A stretch of 64,000 nt of DNA, taken from positions 310,001 through 374,000 of the forward strand of contig NC_092674.1 of NCBI RefSeq assembly GCF_964355755.1, written 5' to 3'. The stretch is from Antedon mediterranea. Its lineage: Eukaryota; Animalia; Echinodermata. Position 1 is the first letter of the stretch, and each line of letters starts with the position of its first letter. The translations under genes were made by a program, and so were the position numbers. Under the pieces are notes generated by a model, which saw nothing but the letters and a program-made list of their open reading frames with translations, ran no database searches and was not told the DNA's origin. Of this stretch, positions 39,201-54,200 are shown in pieces.

Positions 39201-42200
39201 CATTAAATTTATTTTAAACAATAAAATATACTAATAAAGTTGAATTGAGAACAGATTTAAAATGCTTTTATATTAAATACTACAGAACCTTTGTCTGTAA
39301 ATTAATTTTAAAGGCCTACGCTAAATCGCTTTTGAAAGTTTACAAAACATTTCATATATTTCCATGATTTATAAAATGTCATTTAAACACTAAAAGGTGG
39401 CATGTAAATATTGATGTTATGTAAAAGGCTAACACATGTTGCAATTTGATTTGTATTTCTATAAAGGTACAGTAGATCCTTTTATCCCATTATTCATCAG
39501 GTATTCAAGTCTCATATTAAAAGTTAATAGCTGCTTTGAATCATGAAACTGAAAATATTTCAAATGTCTTTAAGAAACAAAGTTAATGGTTTATTGTGTC
39601 AGTGACACATTTGGTACATTTCAAAAATACAAAATATATATTAATAAATGCATAAATTATTTAAATAATGTGAACATTATATATATATATTGGTTTCCAG
39701 GCTACATTTTGTAGGTATTTCCTGGATATTGAATATTTTTTACCATCACTATTTATTTTCACCACATATTTTGGAAACAGTACAGTGTTGTAGGTATGAA
39801 CAGTGGCTAATTTTTGTTCACAACCATGATTATTTATTTTCATGTAAATTACTGTATTCTTCAATACATTTTTTTACACATTGTAGTGAAATGCCTGTTG
39901 TTTGGCAGATAAATATCACTGTTATTGGTTATACTATGAATTATCGTATTAAACAACATATCTTTTGATCTCTATTCTCTCATAAAAACTAGCACAACAG
40001 GCGATAACAACATCCAGTCACTCGTCGGTTAACGTGTGGACAGAAAGTGATGCGTGTTTAGATGAGATTATCTGAGTATTCCTTTTGAATTTTAATTCTT
40101 TTTGTTCTTCCCCTGGTGTTAAAGATCTGCTATATTAGATTTCATATCTTGTAAATTGCACAAGTTTCATGTTACATCTAAATTCAAATTTTTTGTCAAA
40201 AAAAGTAAATGTATAATAATTGCAAAAAAATAGGTGAATATTATTGAGTTTTTAATTTATTTTACTTTGTATTACTATTAACTCATTAAAGGAAATAGGC
40301 AAATAGGGAGGAAGGTTTTCTTTAATAGGAACACAAATGTACATAAATTACCAACACACTTAGCCTAACTGCTCAAGAAAATTTGTTTTATAAAATCATC
40401 TTTATATCAAAGTGAAATCCTATGATGGATTATTAATGTAATGGAATGGTATGGCAATATTTGGAGCATTTCTTTCAGGCCATTTTTACCTGGTTCATGT
40501 TTGATTGACTTCAGCATATAGTGACATGACCATAGGATGAGCTGCTACTTGTGGTATCACAGGAGCACCTGCTGATGTTGAGCTTATAGCCTGGTGGGCC
40601 TAGTTAAATTAGGTTATAAACTGCTGTGAAACAATGTTAGAAAATATGAATATGACACACACTCAACTCAATGTTTGACAATTTTTTATCAGAAGGTCTA
40701 ATAAAAGTTTGATATGAAAATTGTGAGCCAATAATTCAAGCTTGAAATAATTTCATTTGGATCCTAATTAGTAATTTTCTGGAAGAGTTTTACCTTTCAT
40801 GCAACATTTAACATTTTAGAAATGTGTAAAAAATTCTATGACAATCAAAATATTGGATAAATAAAATGTAATACAACTTGAAAATTATGGTAATCTTTCC
40901 TAGTGAAAACAATGTGAATGTTAAGCTAACAGTGCAGCGACACTGCTTTAAAGACTCAAGATGGACTAATGATTAATAACAAAATCTCAACACAAACATT
41001 TTTGAGGAAGATCTCCTGATCTAGTTCTCCGGCACAGGTGTTGGCCTGATTATTTTTCTTCAAAATGCAATGCCCGTTTTTTTTTCTAAGTACACAAATT
41101 ACGTTTTTAGAAGAGACATGATTGTTGATTGTGACATTTGTCTGTGTTAAGTTAAATGATATTGACACAATTATTGTGCGCAATTGGTTTATGTAAATCC
41201 AGAGATCACCAGTGACAAAATGTTTCAAGGAAAATAGTTTGTCTAAAATAAAATCTTTATTATACTATTTCAATGGAACTTTTTATTAAGTAAAATTATA
41301 GTTGTGATAGAATCAAAATTTAAAATTTTACTAATATCATAGAAAAAAAGGCAAATGATACCCATTTTGCTGTTCTGGTAGTTTTTAGTCGCGTGAAAGC
41401 GACTCTATAGTTCACTATGTCGGTCGGTTGGTCGGTCTGTCGGTCTGTCTATCTGTCGGTCTGGTATCACTATGCATTTTATCGCTTTCTGACCTTATCT
41501 TGATATCAGTTTAATCTAGCTAGGTCAATTTTTCACAGTATATTCCTTATGGCCAGGAATCAATGTGGTTATGTTTTCACGGTGCGCAATAAAAAATTAC
41601 GCGGTCTACGCACGATTCAACGAAATCACGTTTGTAATCATATCTTCACAACCATGAATCACAATTAAATAAAATTTGGTACTCATAAATTTCAGGGCAT
41701 AAATCATCATATGGCAATACAATTACGTGCGTAGCGCATGTAACGCATGCGTACGCGCGCTTAAAATTTTCAAAATTTATTTTCGATGAAATAAGAGTAC
41801 GTTTCAGGCAATTTTTAGCGTTTACAAAATTGCCATGGGTGCGCATATTTTTGCGCGCGCACTGCGCGTTAAATGTTATTGCGCACTCTTTTTGCCCGAT
41901 TTCTGTTTTCTTGACTTACTTTTCAACTCGAAATTACGTTATACGAGCACGTCAAAAGATATAAATGTTTTTAAACATTTCAACATTTTTAAACATGTTC
42001 AGTAATTTCGGTCAGTGTAGTTCACTATGTCGGTCGGTCGGTCTGTCTGTCGGTCTGTCGGTCTGTCTGTCGGTCCGGTATCACTATGCATTGTAGCACG
42101 CGACTTAATGGCTGTTGGCCTTGTTTGTTTTAAGTTGACTATTTAGTTTTTTCAATTTTGTTTTACGTAATAAGATTGTTGATATAAAAAATAAGTGTTT

Positions 42201-45200
42201 CAGACATGTCTGTCATTCTATTTAATTCATCAATAAACTTTTACTTTTAATAGATATAATAAAATTCATTTATTCAAGAAATAGTTTGCATTAAGGCAAA
42301 ATATTGATTTAATTCTAACGTAATAAAATGCATTTATTCATCAAATATATAGTTTGTGTTGACGCAATACATTTATTTAATTCCGAGAAAAAAAATGAAA
42401 GAAAGCTGCTATTTTATAGTATTGATTAGTTAATACCATTGCTAGCCTGAAATGTATGATTTAAAAAATTGATTATTAACAAATTGTGACATTGTCGGTG
42501 TTCAATACAAAGACAGTTTCAATTCTACAAAATGAATATGGCATCCAATTACCATTGTATTTGAATATTGAAGACTTTGTGTATTAAATTAGATATGATT
42601 TATGATGTTATGGTGCCGAATTATCCTCCAAATCCATTATCAAGAACTATGCAGATAGCTTTATGAATGTTCAATCATTTTAATGACTGAATATCACAAT
42701 TTTAATATCTGTAATTTCAATATTTTTGCTCTTAACGGAGTTTTGAAGTTGAATTTGTTCATAAGTAGCAATATTTCATTTATGTTTGATCATTTTAATG
42801 TCAAATATTCATTTTAAATAAATTGTTTTCAAATACTCAAGGTATGTTTTACAAACTTTGATTCAATTTTGATATCCATGGTTTTTTTTCTATCTCATCT
42901 GACTAATAGAACACAAACTTGAAATATAATTTGTTATTCAATTTCAAAAGAATTTTTTTTTAAATCATGAACGCTTCTTGTACAGATGGTTTGCTGGCAA
43001 ACCAATACATGGACATTAATTGCTTATTAGATTTGCTGTCTTCTCTTAGACTTTGTATCATCCTTTTACAGCCCTTCTGATAATATTCATTTACTAGTTT
43101 TATATCCTTTGTTCTCTGATTCATAATTACGATGATACACCAGTAGGACTATAATCTCCTTCAATACAAATCAAACAATATTTAATTTATTTTTGTAAAG
43201 CTTAATTTCTTGTGCCAAATATATGTAAGGAAAGATTTTTGCTGTTGGATGTAGTTGAAATGAAATATAAAAAAATAAATATATGGATATAATAATCTAC
43301 ATGGAAACTTTTGTCCAGTGCAATATTCGTAAACTGTCAACTTCGTTCGTCTTGAATAATTTAAGTAGGTCTGATTTTATGCACATCATATCCGCTTACA
43401 ATCCACTGTATTGTAATGGTCATTTTGCTAGTAATCACTTCTATATACTGAATTAGTTATATAGGTCTGTGTTGTATAACATTAAAATAATATTTTACAA
43501 TTTTCTTTGTTTTAAAACCATTTTCTCTGTAGACATCTGTAAAACCTGACATACTTAAACTGTCTTTGTTTGATAAGACTATTTCATCTCAGGAGATTAA
43601 GATGAATAAATGGCACTAAAAACATATTTACTGTCAAAGTACCATTATATTCTATTCTCGTTATAAATATTATATGGAATCATAAAAGCACATTTTTATT
43701 TATTTTTATAGCACTAGACCTACATTATAATTTTAAATGTTCTATTTTCAGAATTTCATTACCTTTTTATTAACTGGTTTTTAAAACCATTTTTCCATAT
43801 TTTTGAAAGATTTAACAATTATAGATATTAGTTTCTTTTAAGTGTTGAAATGGCCAGTTTATGTCACAAAATACTTTTTCACTTTGACCAAAAAATTATT
43901 TGATACATCTTATTTTTTCATGTTTTGGGACAATACAATTGTACGCTTTTTTTGGTTATTGAGAAGTTTTATTATTAATGTTCAATCCAATAATTTAGTG
44001 TTAGCCGAGACAAGGATAATGGAATCATTTCTATTTTCATCATTTCTATTTTAAAAAGATTGGGTAAACCTTCGTCGGTCTTAATTCCAGATTTTGCTTC
44101 ATTCTGTTAACGAGTATAACCATACTTTTCAGTTCATACTTAACACATGAATAGTGATGTGCGAGTGTAAGTAATAACTATGCTTCTTGATGTATCATTG
44201 GCCTTGAGAATTTGAAATGCGTTGAAAAACTGAATAGCAATATGTTGAAATTAATTTGTTTTTGTTATTGCTCGATAATATGGCTCCAATAAGCATATTG
44301 AAATGTCACTAATTGATCATAGCTCAAGTCAGCCTTTACAAATTGAGAGATCAATCAATAATATTAAAATTCATTAGAAATGAAAAAGTGAATTATGTAG
44401 GCCTATGTGTGTATTATATGTAGGCCTATTTGTATTAATATTTTACTACAATCAAAATAAGTGCTAAAGTAAAATATAACAACTATATATACAAAGAACT
44501 GTGATTCTTACTTGATTATTTACAAAACTATACATATACATTTGATTATCATAAAAACCTGTAAATTACAAAAATGTGCTAAATATACAGAAACTACTAT
44601 GTATTTACTGTATGCTTGATGATCAAGGTTATTATTATGTGACATTAGATTCCAACTTCATTAGTTTAGCGAAAAAAAACTAGAAAAATCTAATTTGAAA
44701 CATGGACAGATTAATTGCTTCAATTATTTAACTGTGACTATAGTTACTGTAACAAAATTGGCGTGTGTTGTATCACTTCACGAACCCAATACACAATTTG
44801 TGATCGGTGGCATGTGTCTCCATTTAAAAAGACCTTTGAAAGTGTGCAATCAGCTATTAAAATATAATTGAGGAAAACATTAGAGGTGAGAAGTACAAAT
44901 GATTTGACAGCCAATCTTTGGTCTGGTGGGAATTCTGTATTACCTATGCTTTGACTCCATGGGTTATTGATTTGTAAAAGATAAAGCAGCAGTATTGTAA
45001 ACCAACAACTGAAAAATATTATGGGTCTTTGGCAATTAAATAAAAATGGAATTGCATTTCATATATTTTGTAAAGTTCCACTAAATGGGCATGGAAAATT
45101 GAAAAATGAAAGATGGAAATTCCATAGTAAGGGCCTGTTCGTAGGGGTTGAAAATACCAGCTTATTCCCGATTTCCGTTCGCGTGATCCAATTAACTTTT

Positions 45201-48200
45201 GCCTCAGGCTACAAAAAATTCGAGGTAAAATGTTCACCAAATTTGCAGGTTATTTCAGCGATAATCCAATTATACTCGGCCTTCGAGGATAATAAATCTC
45301 CGATAGAGGCAATGTGTCAAATTTTGACAAACGTTCGCTGCCTAGGCCCGTCATTTCTCCTACGAAGCTCTTCCATACATGCTTCGAGAGCGATCGTCAG
45401 CTGGTGCTGTCCTTGTTGGTGTAGACCGCTTAGTAGGCCTAGCTGGTCGGGGAGCCGCTGGTCGGTGGTGTTACCGTCGTGTAACATTGGGCTCAAATTC
45501 TTCGTCAATGAGTAAAATAATGGTCGTCAGGAGAAGGCATATTTCGGCAGGATTATCGGCGTTAAGAGGCATAAGGTTTGTCGCAAGGATAAGCAGTGTA
45601 AAAGGTAGCAAGTAATTGTTATTGTAAAGAAAGATCGCGAGTAAAAAATATACAACACGAAACTAGCGTGCGAAAATGGGGTCGTAGGTTGTAAAGACAA
45701 CTGACCTTAAAACGTAATTTCCGGTTTGTGATTCGTCGATTAAGCATTTAAGCGGTTAAATATTTCAAGTACGAACAACGCTCAATTTATAACCCGAGGC
45801 ATGGGTGAAATTAAGCGCTTATTTTAACCACCGTACGAACACGACCTAACTGTATAATAATTGTCCCATCACCTAGTGACACTGTTTCAAAAAGTTTAGC
45901 TTCCAAGTAAATGACAAGCAAGTTCCAGATTGTGATTTTAGAACAATTATGGCTTTGGCAAATGATTTTTAATTTGTTTTAGCTGCATAAACTACATTGT
46001 GCTACATAAGGTTATAAACCATACATGGTGAGATTTGTATCAGTTGTTCTGCATATAATGGTACAATAAATCACAAGTATTTCAGCTTGATCCCTTCAGT
46101 AAACATGTTGATTGAGTGATGACTGTTTACACTACTCAACCATAACAGAGTGTAAACATAAAATCAAAGGTGTAAACCACAAGAGACATGGAAGCTGGAA
46201 GAAACAAAAACAACATTTCTAAATTAAATCTCCATTTTAAGCAGACAATTATATTCCTGACTGCCGCCTCTCTCGTGTTAACCTATAAATTCCGCAAAGA
46301 AATTTAAAACAATATTTTGTGGGTGTATTTTTTGGTACATTTTTTATTAAATATGTTGGTCATGGTTGCTCAAACATTTTCTAAAGTATGGTGTTATAAT
46401 ATCATCATTTCTTGTTGCAAGAAATTTAATTTAATGGAATTTGTTGGCCATTGGCCCTCAGTAAATAAAAAACGTCTTTAAATATCAATTTGTATTATTG
46501 ATCCTTATTGCAATGGTTCAGTCATATAAACAAAGATTCTAAACAATAAAATAGGATAATAGGTTAACTTCAGTACTTCATTTTATAATTTTTCATCCCG
46601 AGGCCCTTCCTATGATGCATTAACAATAAGAACAACAGCAGCATTCGTATTGTAGTTTTGCTAGTTTTTTTTATTTGCCACCTACTCTCCTGAGCAAAAT
46701 CAGTCAACCTTTGTTCTTTGAAAGACAAAGTAACAAAGCCTATGTTAATGCCATGAAATAATAATTAACCTGGTATTACAGTTATAACCTACTATATTGT
46801 TAACTAGACTGTTTGAATGTGCTTTATTGTTAATTGTCAACGACATTAACGCGTGCGTGTGATATACAACAGATTTGTACGATGATCTGCTAAACAAGTG
46901 ACTCATACAAAGATTATTACTTTCGCCAAGTGAAGACAGTGAAATAAATGGTATCATAGTGAGTTAGAAAATGTAAAAAAAAATGCAAAAATAAAAGTAA
47001 TAAAGAATTTGTTGCATAAAATATACCAATAACATACAGTTGTTGATTTTGCTAGTTTCTGTTAAAAGATCAAGTCAAGATTTTCATTTTTAGATTTAAA
47101 CCAAAGCCTTTTTACTTAATATTGTGGAAACCTATTCTTATTTTGTTTTTTATTGCTTACTGCATAATATTAGACCAATATTTTAGTATGAAAAATGCAA
47201 AATTATTAATTATCATTATTAAAAACATACTATCCAACTACATATTTCCACTAGTCACTGATATTGTACAAATATTTACATCATAGATTTTGATAGTAGC
47301 TTTCTATTAGAGCCATTAATGCTTTAAATCATCAATTCTTTAGTTATAAATATAAATCACTTAATGCCTAAGTATTGATTTAGAATCAATCAAGTTATGT
47401 AAAAGGAACTTGACGTGTTATAACAATACTCCAAGCTGTATTGATTCATTTATGCTAAGGTGTGATAATATTATTTAATTGTAACATTTTCACAGTACAG
47501 GTGTATGACAATTTATTACCAAAACTTAAGACTTTGTTTACAGAATCAGTTAATGAGCAGGTTTACTTGAGGTAGAATAATAGATCACACCCTGTATAGT
47601 AATACTGTTTGATGTATGCTGAAATATTTGTTTCAGTAATAAAAAGCCTTTAAAATATAGAATGTACATATTTTCAACCCAATCTATTATTTTATTACAC
47701 ATTGATAACAAAAGGGCCAGGTTCACACTGTGTTAAAAACACCAAATTTCAAATCTAAGAAGGGTGGATTGTGAATGTCTGCATGACCTGTGACCTCAAC
47801 AACATATATCGTGATAATTTTTATTGTGAATGTGTGAACATGACTGAATTGAAACTACTAATGATTAAACACATAGATTAATGATTTCCAAGAACTGAAG
47901 ACTTGAAATGCTTTAGTGTCCATACAGACGATTTGAAGCAACACATCATTTAACATTAACATTTACACTTATATAGCGCACAATTCTATGATAAGCTCGT
48001 AATTAGCAGTGCTTTGTATACTGTTATAACATTGGTTGAAATTAAAAGTCTTTGTTTTTTAAACTGATTTTGGTCATCTAAATGTTTAATGTTACTCAGC
48101 ATTATTAACAGCAAACAGAAAATACTGTGTATGAAATAAATGATAATAAATACAATTTATCTTACAACAAATATATCTAGAAAGGGATTTATTAAATAGT

Positions 48201-51200
48201 TTTGTAGCAGATTTGTTTATTACCAAAACAAATTAAATTTGTGACATGTATTTGCAATAAAAATAAATATTGTTCAAGTAAAAGTTAAAAATCTTTGGTA
48301 GAAATGACAATAAATTTCATATTTTTTTAAAAGCAGATTTGCAATAAAAATGAAATTTAAAAATAGCAGCAGCTGAGCAAGTATTGATCAAGCTATAGAA
48401 GTGTTTGCTTTAAACTGAATTCTATACTTCTATTGTTTTCTTGAAATTTGTTATTATAATTCACATCAGTTGTTATTACTGAAAACATTTCCACATCAAT
48501 TTATGTATCTTTTACATTTCCAATTTACTAACTTTTTTATTTAATCTTTCTTTATTCTCAAATACACTTTCAATACAATGTACTGATTTCCAAAGTGGTT
48601 CAGTTCTTAACTACATAAATGTAAACAAAATACAGTATATAAATTGACAAAAGAAAATATAAAATTAAACCTAAAATTATCAAAATCAAATTAACACAAT
48701 TAAAGTAAGCACATTTAAAGGTTAAAACATAAATAATTGAGATTTTGAAACAAGATAAAAGAAGTTTTAATCATTGAGCATTAATTAGATTTAGTTTTGA
48801 ATTAAAACCTTAGTTCCATTTGTCTTCAATTGTTTTTTTTTTCTGTGCATAGATGACTTTTAGCAAACACATAATAAATATGTTTCCTTTTGCAATCACA
48901 TTTCATATCCGTACAACTTGTGCTTATAATACATCTCGTAAATTTCTGTAATAGTTAATAATGTTTGTATTGTTGGAAGCAATCGGCCAGATCCATTAAA
49001 CATTGTGTGGCTCAACTAAAATCCAACGCTGTTGCAAATATCACATTTTTAATGAAACTTCAGAAAATTAAATTTTGTTGTTGAAATTTCATGATTCAGA
49101 AGAAACATTATGGAGATAGTAATTTTTTTTTGAGTATAGGCATTTGTCACGATTCTGGCTTTAGAAAGATTCACTGAAAGCAAAAGATGATTCACTCACA
49201 AGATACCAGCAGAACTAATGTACATAATAAAGAGCTTAAAAGCTCTGTCTCAATCTAGTTTGATAAAGAAAGTGTGATGTGCCCAAATATGGTAGTGATA
49301 TGCCCAAATATGGTAGTGATATGCCCAAATATGGTAGTGATATGACATGTCTATATATGGCAAATAACATTTTTTTGTCACATAAAGTTTGATAGTGTAT
49401 AGACAGAGCTTTACAATGCTTTCTGTTTGTCTGTTGTTAAGAGTTTTTTCAGTTATTTATGTAGACTTTCTATAAATCTATTAACTAATTTGAATTATTT
49501 GGTATATTTTTAGATAATCCATGTCACCCACCTAGAAGTTTCAATACCAATAAGTTATTATTATCCATGTTGGCATGTATGGTGTCCATGCTTTGTAAAG
49601 AACAAGGACTAACAGTCATTGTAAGTCTTCTTTAATAATTGTTTATTAAATGAAATATATATTAATATTTTTGATTTACGTTGTTTGTTTCTGTAAACAA
49701 TAATTTTCAATTGAAGTGACAAACTAACAACTGCAATGTACTACTTAATTGAAGTGACATAATCCAAAATGTCATTATTAACAAATAATGCCATGTGTAG
49801 GTAATTTATAGGCTAATATGTTAACCGTGTTATTGTAAATGGTAAAATGATGAATTTAAAGGCGATATCAGTACAATTGTTGTTGTAAATTCAGTGCCAA
49901 AATTGAACCAGAGTGTACAGTATAGAACAAGTAATATTATTTCCACTTGTAGTTTGAAGACTGTTCATTTGTATGAGATACAAACATACTTTTACATCTG
50001 ATTTTGTTTGTGCTGCACTAGTGATATCGGTACTACGATACTGAAGGTGTCTTAAAAATAAAGACAAAAATAAATAAATAAAATACTTCAATAAATTTTT
50101 AATTATTTTTTTTTTCTTTCAGGGACTTTGTAGTGCTTATGACATCCTTGTTGCTTGTCGACTCACACCACAGAATATCTTTAGAGCAGTAGGCATATAT
50201 ACAGGTCATAAAAGTAGCAATATGAAAGACAAAATGTCTGCTAGTTCACCTTGGATCCAGTCATTATTAAAGCGCCACTTTATTTTATTTACCTCCGGAA
50301 TTGCCATGGCAACGGGTCGATATCTTATTATGGGTCGTCCACCAACATTTCAGCCTGTTGACAATCCAGCATCATTTTCAGAAAGTTTATTAGTTCGAGT
50401 AAGCATACAGTTAATTTATAATAATATAATATTCTTATGTAGTTGAAATGAGATGTAATGACATTATAGACTTTCTCTTAATTCAAAGTGAATCAAATAA
50501 TGCCATAGGCCTACCACATTAGGACATAGCATTATAACTCCTAACCTTTCTGATCTTATTTCCAAATAATAACTGTACATGAAAAGTCAAATAGACCCAG
50601 TAGTCATGCCCTCTAAACAATTACACTACTTTCAATAGTTGCCCTACAAAATACATTAATGGCTCTTCAGCTTATAGTTTGTTCTGAAGAACAATTCCAT
50701 TACTGGCCTACAATTACATTAGCTTTACATAGCCAGCAGCAGGCTGCCATAACTACCATACTTATGAAATGCGTTCACTATAGCTTGTCATTTTCACTAC
50801 TGGCCTACTGACTACAGAATTCAATAAAAACTGCCAGTAGCCAGTAGCTCTTTATTTCATCATTGGTCTACCAAATGCATTAAGTAGTTTACATGTTGTA
50901 TTTGACCAGTTAATCAATACAAGTCTCAGGTGACCATTTTGTACGTTGTTAATCAAGAGTATGTTAATATCGTTTATCACAGTCTTGTAATATATTGGTG
51001 AAGTTAAACACTTCTCTATATTATAATATACATACTCAAGTTAGCTTAAACTAGCTTTTAAATTTCTTCATATTTCAACTTGATGTTGCAGTTTATTTAA
51101 AATTTTTGACATTTATAGTAAAATTTCACATTTATAGTATTATGAATATTCATTTAAGAATTATGAATAATTCATAAGTTTCTTTGTTTATGTAAATCCT

Positions 51201-54200
51201 ATGACACCTTTTCAATGTCACCATACACAAATATACATAATTCATATATTGATGGTCTTAAGTGCTTGCTTAGATTTGTCTATACATTTTTAAAGAGATA
51301 TTTTAAACTTTTATATTGCTATGTATTCATGTAAAGCTACAGTAATACATTTCTTATACTCTCATTGAGTAATTTATGTGTCAAATGCATCTCTTTATTA
51401 GTAAAATTTCAAGGTTAATTTTATGTCATGGTTGTACTACACTTTAAATTAATTGAGTGAAACGATAATTCAGCTCATGAAGGCCTTATACACGCTACAG
51501 CAATTAGATGTCGTTGTATAGGTACACTTACGCAAACATTTATAATCTACTGTAGAGTAATTTTTATGTTGTGAAGTGTATCAAGCAGAGATATATATGC
51601 AATTAAAATAATGCGAGTTGGAGACAGCCGTCCATATGGATCTTAAAATAGCATCACATCTCAATTAAATAATACTGCAAAAAATAACTAGACTTAACCC
51701 AACTTTTATCCCTGATGTTTCTGAAATATATATGATCTGAGTAAATATTATACATATTATTATTAGTTACATTTTTGTTCTTTACAGATAATAAACTACA
51801 ACTATGTCTACTCATTAAATGTATGGTTGCTGTTGCAGCCAAGTTGGCTTTGTTTTGACTGGGCAATGGGTTGCATAAGCTTGATTCAATCTGCAACTGA
51901 TCCTCGTCTTCTCGCTGTCTTGCTGTTTTGGCTAAGCCTTGCAACGATTCTGTACAAAGCAATATATAGTCCTCCTAGTCAGAATCAAAGGTAATATGAC
52001 CAGAAGAAAAACAAATTATTTTTTTAGCGAAATAACAAGATTCAGGAATTTACAGTACGTTACTACAAATGTATTGTGTTGTGCACTTCCAACTTCTTTC
52101 AATACAAAGTTGTAAATTGTCAGATTGAGATGGGATAAATTTGAAACCAGTGTATATGCAAAGGAACATTAAATTCAGGACATTCATAATTGTTTTTCAT
52201 AATACTATCTGAAACTGTAAAATAATACTAAGAAATCAATATACATAATATACATACATATTATGTCTTATGCATTAAAAGAGAATTTATGTTAAAGTTT
52301 AATATAGAATGAAAGGTATAATCATCCAATTAAAGACACCAAACAGAATGCCATATTTTTAACATATGCGTTTAAAAAAAAATTGACCAAATAAAAACTT
52401 TCCAAACTCACTAAATAAACTTTATTTCCAGAAAACAAGGCCATTTCAGCAACAAAGTTCAAACCGATGTTTTAAAATCACATTATAACAAATGTAATCG
52501 GCAACTTATTGAAATCCTTTTACAGAATCTAACTTTTCATTTTCTGATTACATTTATTTGGGGCTCTCTCATCAATCTGAATTATCTTTATTGAATCGCA
52601 TCTTTCATTACAAAGATTTTACAACGATGTCACATCATCTCTTTTCCGGCTTCGATTACATTCAGTAATTAAATTACCTTCATTGAAACATCAATAGAAT
52701 TCTAATATAAATCTTGTATTATTGATATGCACACCGTCATGTTAATATTTGAAGATAAATTTCCTTTAAACTGATGTATCACAGAATCCATCTATCAATA
52801 GTGTTCAGGAAACAGCAGCCAGCTTAAAGGTGTTGCAATCAGCACTGTCTATACTATCAATCCAAACAAAATTCACTACAAATCCAAACTACTATCCTAA
52901 TATTGAAAGTGTTTGGAGATGTAATAAATTTTACTTGCTGTACTAAAAGGTAATTCTAAAGTGACACATGTTTAGAATATGTTATTCGTTTGTAGTCAAC
53001 GAGCCTTCCTCAAATAATAAAAACATGGAATTCAAAACAGGGCTTTGATTTGATATTAATTGCTGGTATCATTATTTTGGTTACACAGTACTGTAATGTT
53101 TTAATACAGCAATTTGAAGAGTTCATTATGAATATCATTTTTAGTCATAATAGAAGCAGTAACACCCTATACTGTACTATACGAGTGAGTGAGTGGCCGA
53201 GCGGTTAAGACAGTGGAACCGTAATTACGTAGCCATAACATCGACAAGGGCTCGAGGCTCACTCGCTCCATGGTTCTGGTGGTAGAACGAGTCTTCTCGG
53301 ATAAGGACTATAAACCGTAGGTCCAGTGTACACATAGCTCATGTGCACTTTAAAGAACCTAGTACATCTTTCGAGACGAGTAAGGGGCTACCCCGGTGTA
53401 CTAGTCCACACAAACACAGCCACTGTCACACACAGAAACTGTGCAATTGGGACTGGACCGTTTTAGAGGTGTTTACCACCTGTTGGTCCCGATCCTTCAC
53501 TAACAGTGTTAGTGAGAAGTTGAATAAATAAAATAAATATATTTAATATGTGTTGTTTCATATACCTTAAAACCATTTGGCTGGTTCACAATGTTTGGTT
53601 TTAAAAATGTATTTAGAGTAGAAAAGAATTTAGGAACCGTAAAAAAAGTCTATTTTGTAGAATGTACATCAAAATATTAATTTTCCATGTCTAGATTTAT
53701 TTAATATTATTGATGCTAACATTTTAAATATTTATAATAATTTATTAAAACTTGTTTTACAGAGTATTAACAATAGGCCTAGCTGCCATGATCATTCCAT
53801 TCTTGCCAGCGACCAACATTTTCTTCAGGGTAGGATTTGTAATAGCAGAACGAGTTTTGTACCTGCCAAGCCTAGGATTTGCAATCATTGTTACACTAGG
53901 TTTTAATTGTATTTGTAATGCTAAGCCTAGATGTCGTATGGTAAGTTCAATCAAAATTTATGTTTACTTGTTTCATTGTGTTCTGGAGCATAACTCATTG
54001 AAAGATTTTCCAAACGTTAAGATACTTTCTCAATTCATTATTAGAGATGCAGTAAAAAATGTATTATTTTAACTATGCAAACCTTTAAACAATAGGCTTG
54101 AACAACCCATTGATTAAGTAAGTAAATGCCAATGGGCTTATATTCCATATTCATTAACTACATGACTTAGTTGTTAATGCTAAATATTAAGCTTCTTCAC

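Noticed and set aside
45019-45615. Nested gene suggested by several ORFs in the large intron
   Set aside because: They lie almost entirely within a TIR- and TAA-bounded Harbinger-like element, with no recognisable intact domain.
53183-53270. tRNA gene
   Set aside because: Degenerate B box and no clean cloverleaf; it continues into a SINE body and A-rich tail.
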